This document shows positions 63,358 to 64,000 of a DNA stretch of 64,000 nucleotides, in pieces. A model generated the notes under the pieces. The model saw only the letters and a list, made by a program, of their open reading frames with translations, was not told where the DNA came from and searched no databases. Source of the stretch: Haliotis rubra (taxonomy: Eukaryota); contig NW_025767412.1 of the NCBI RefSeq assembly GCF_003918875.1, forward strand, positions 744,001-808,000, in the 5' to 3' direction. Position 1 is the first letter of the stretch; each line of letters starts with the position of its first letter. Position numbers and translations under genes: made by a program.

Positions 63358-63468
63358 CTTCAGGAGGCCTCCAGCCGATGATAAGGGATGGATCAGAGAG
63401 AGGGTCGGTGTTACTGACAAGCAGAGATAACCCTCGCACAGTCCCCGGGAGGTCGCGCAGGGCACCGT
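63358..63468 (-). CDS. IL17R: IL-17 receptor-like gene, FN3-like exon
   Basis: ccccag|DGALRDLPGTVRGLSLLVSNTDPLSDPSLIIGWRPPE|gtaggg; the P..V..L ... L.I.W.PP pattern is an FN3 A/B-strand signature; phase 1 to 1. Confidence 0.8.
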
Positions 63469-63929
63469 CTGGGGTTAGAGGACAACAATGTAATTATGAT
63501 ATTACGTCAAAAGCTGTCTTCACTCACCAAAATACATTTAGAGGCTGTATATATATATATCATGGNNNNNNNNNNNNNNNNNNNNNNNNNNNNNNNNNNN
63601 NNNNNNNNNNNNNNNNNNNNNNNNNNNNNNNNNNNNNNNNNNNNNNNNNNNNNNNNNNNNNNNNNNNNNNNNNNNNNNNNNNNNNNNNNNNNNNNNNNNN
63701 NNNNNNNNNNNNNNNNNNNNNNNNNNNNNNNNNNNNNNNNNNNNNNNNNNNNNNNNNACAATAAAGTGAAGCAACTGCACGTAAACGAACTTGACCTTCC
63801 GGCGCATCTTCTAACCGATAGACGCTGTCGATGTATTCTGAGGACGCTGGCGTCGACAGTGGGGTCAATTGATATCAGTTGATAACAGTGATAACATACA
63901 TTGATATGATGATACATTGAGGTTGTTAC

Positions 63930-63990
63930 CTGGCAACTTCGTCCGCAAGACACGTTCTTCGTAAACGACGTTACAGTTGAAACCGAGAGG
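63930..63990 (-). CDS. IL17R: IL-17 receptor-like gene, ectodomain exon (first in window)
   Basis: tttcag|PLGFNCNVVYEERVLRTKLP+G|gtaac; 61 nt, ends in phase 1, compatible with the next exon. Confidence 0.65.
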
Positions 63991-64000
63991 CTGAAATATT

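Noticed and set aside
63758-63870. Coding-looking LSTPASSEYIDSVYRLEDAPEGQVRLRAV stretch
   Set aside because: No clear splice sites, runs into a gap, and exons 63930 and 63468 already join in phase; an alternative exon cannot be fully excluded.

Overview
Eukaryotic, AT-rich, repeat-dense genomic DNA with five N gaps. The SINE families with (ACTC)n/(AACC)n tails suggest a mollusc, probably abalone (Haliotis); that taxon call is inference. Two spliced protein-coding genes lie on the minus strand. (1) The 5' part of a Piccolo/Bassoon-like presynaptic active-zone gene: coding exon 1 at 42335-42576 (MGNEGS start, DLSHLSPEE helix), a 33.3 kb intron, and exon 2 at 8795-9014 (Piccolo/RIM-type zinc finger); the gene continues past the left edge. 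(2) An IL-17-receptor-like gene with ten exons between 63990 and about 51026 (FN3-like ectodomain, TM helix, SEFIR domain, repeat-rich tail). All splice phases are consistent, the 5' end is outside the window, and the last exon carries an apparent +1 frameshift. The rest is mobile DNA: about 20 tRNA-derived SINEs (family A), about 12 copies of a non-tRNA retroposon (family B) with a fixed 5' end and a pseudoknot-capable head, a dead DD34E Tc1 element, Penelope-like RT relics (probably Naiad type), small Penelope-type insertions with hammerhead-like cores, several MITEs and satellites. Best leads: the structured head of family B (candidate uncharacterised ribozyme or processing element), the vertebrate-like MGNE Piccolo N-terminus, the IL17R-like frameshift, and a SINE-plus-flank inverted duplication at 46.8/50.2 kb. 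All alignments and folds were done by eye.
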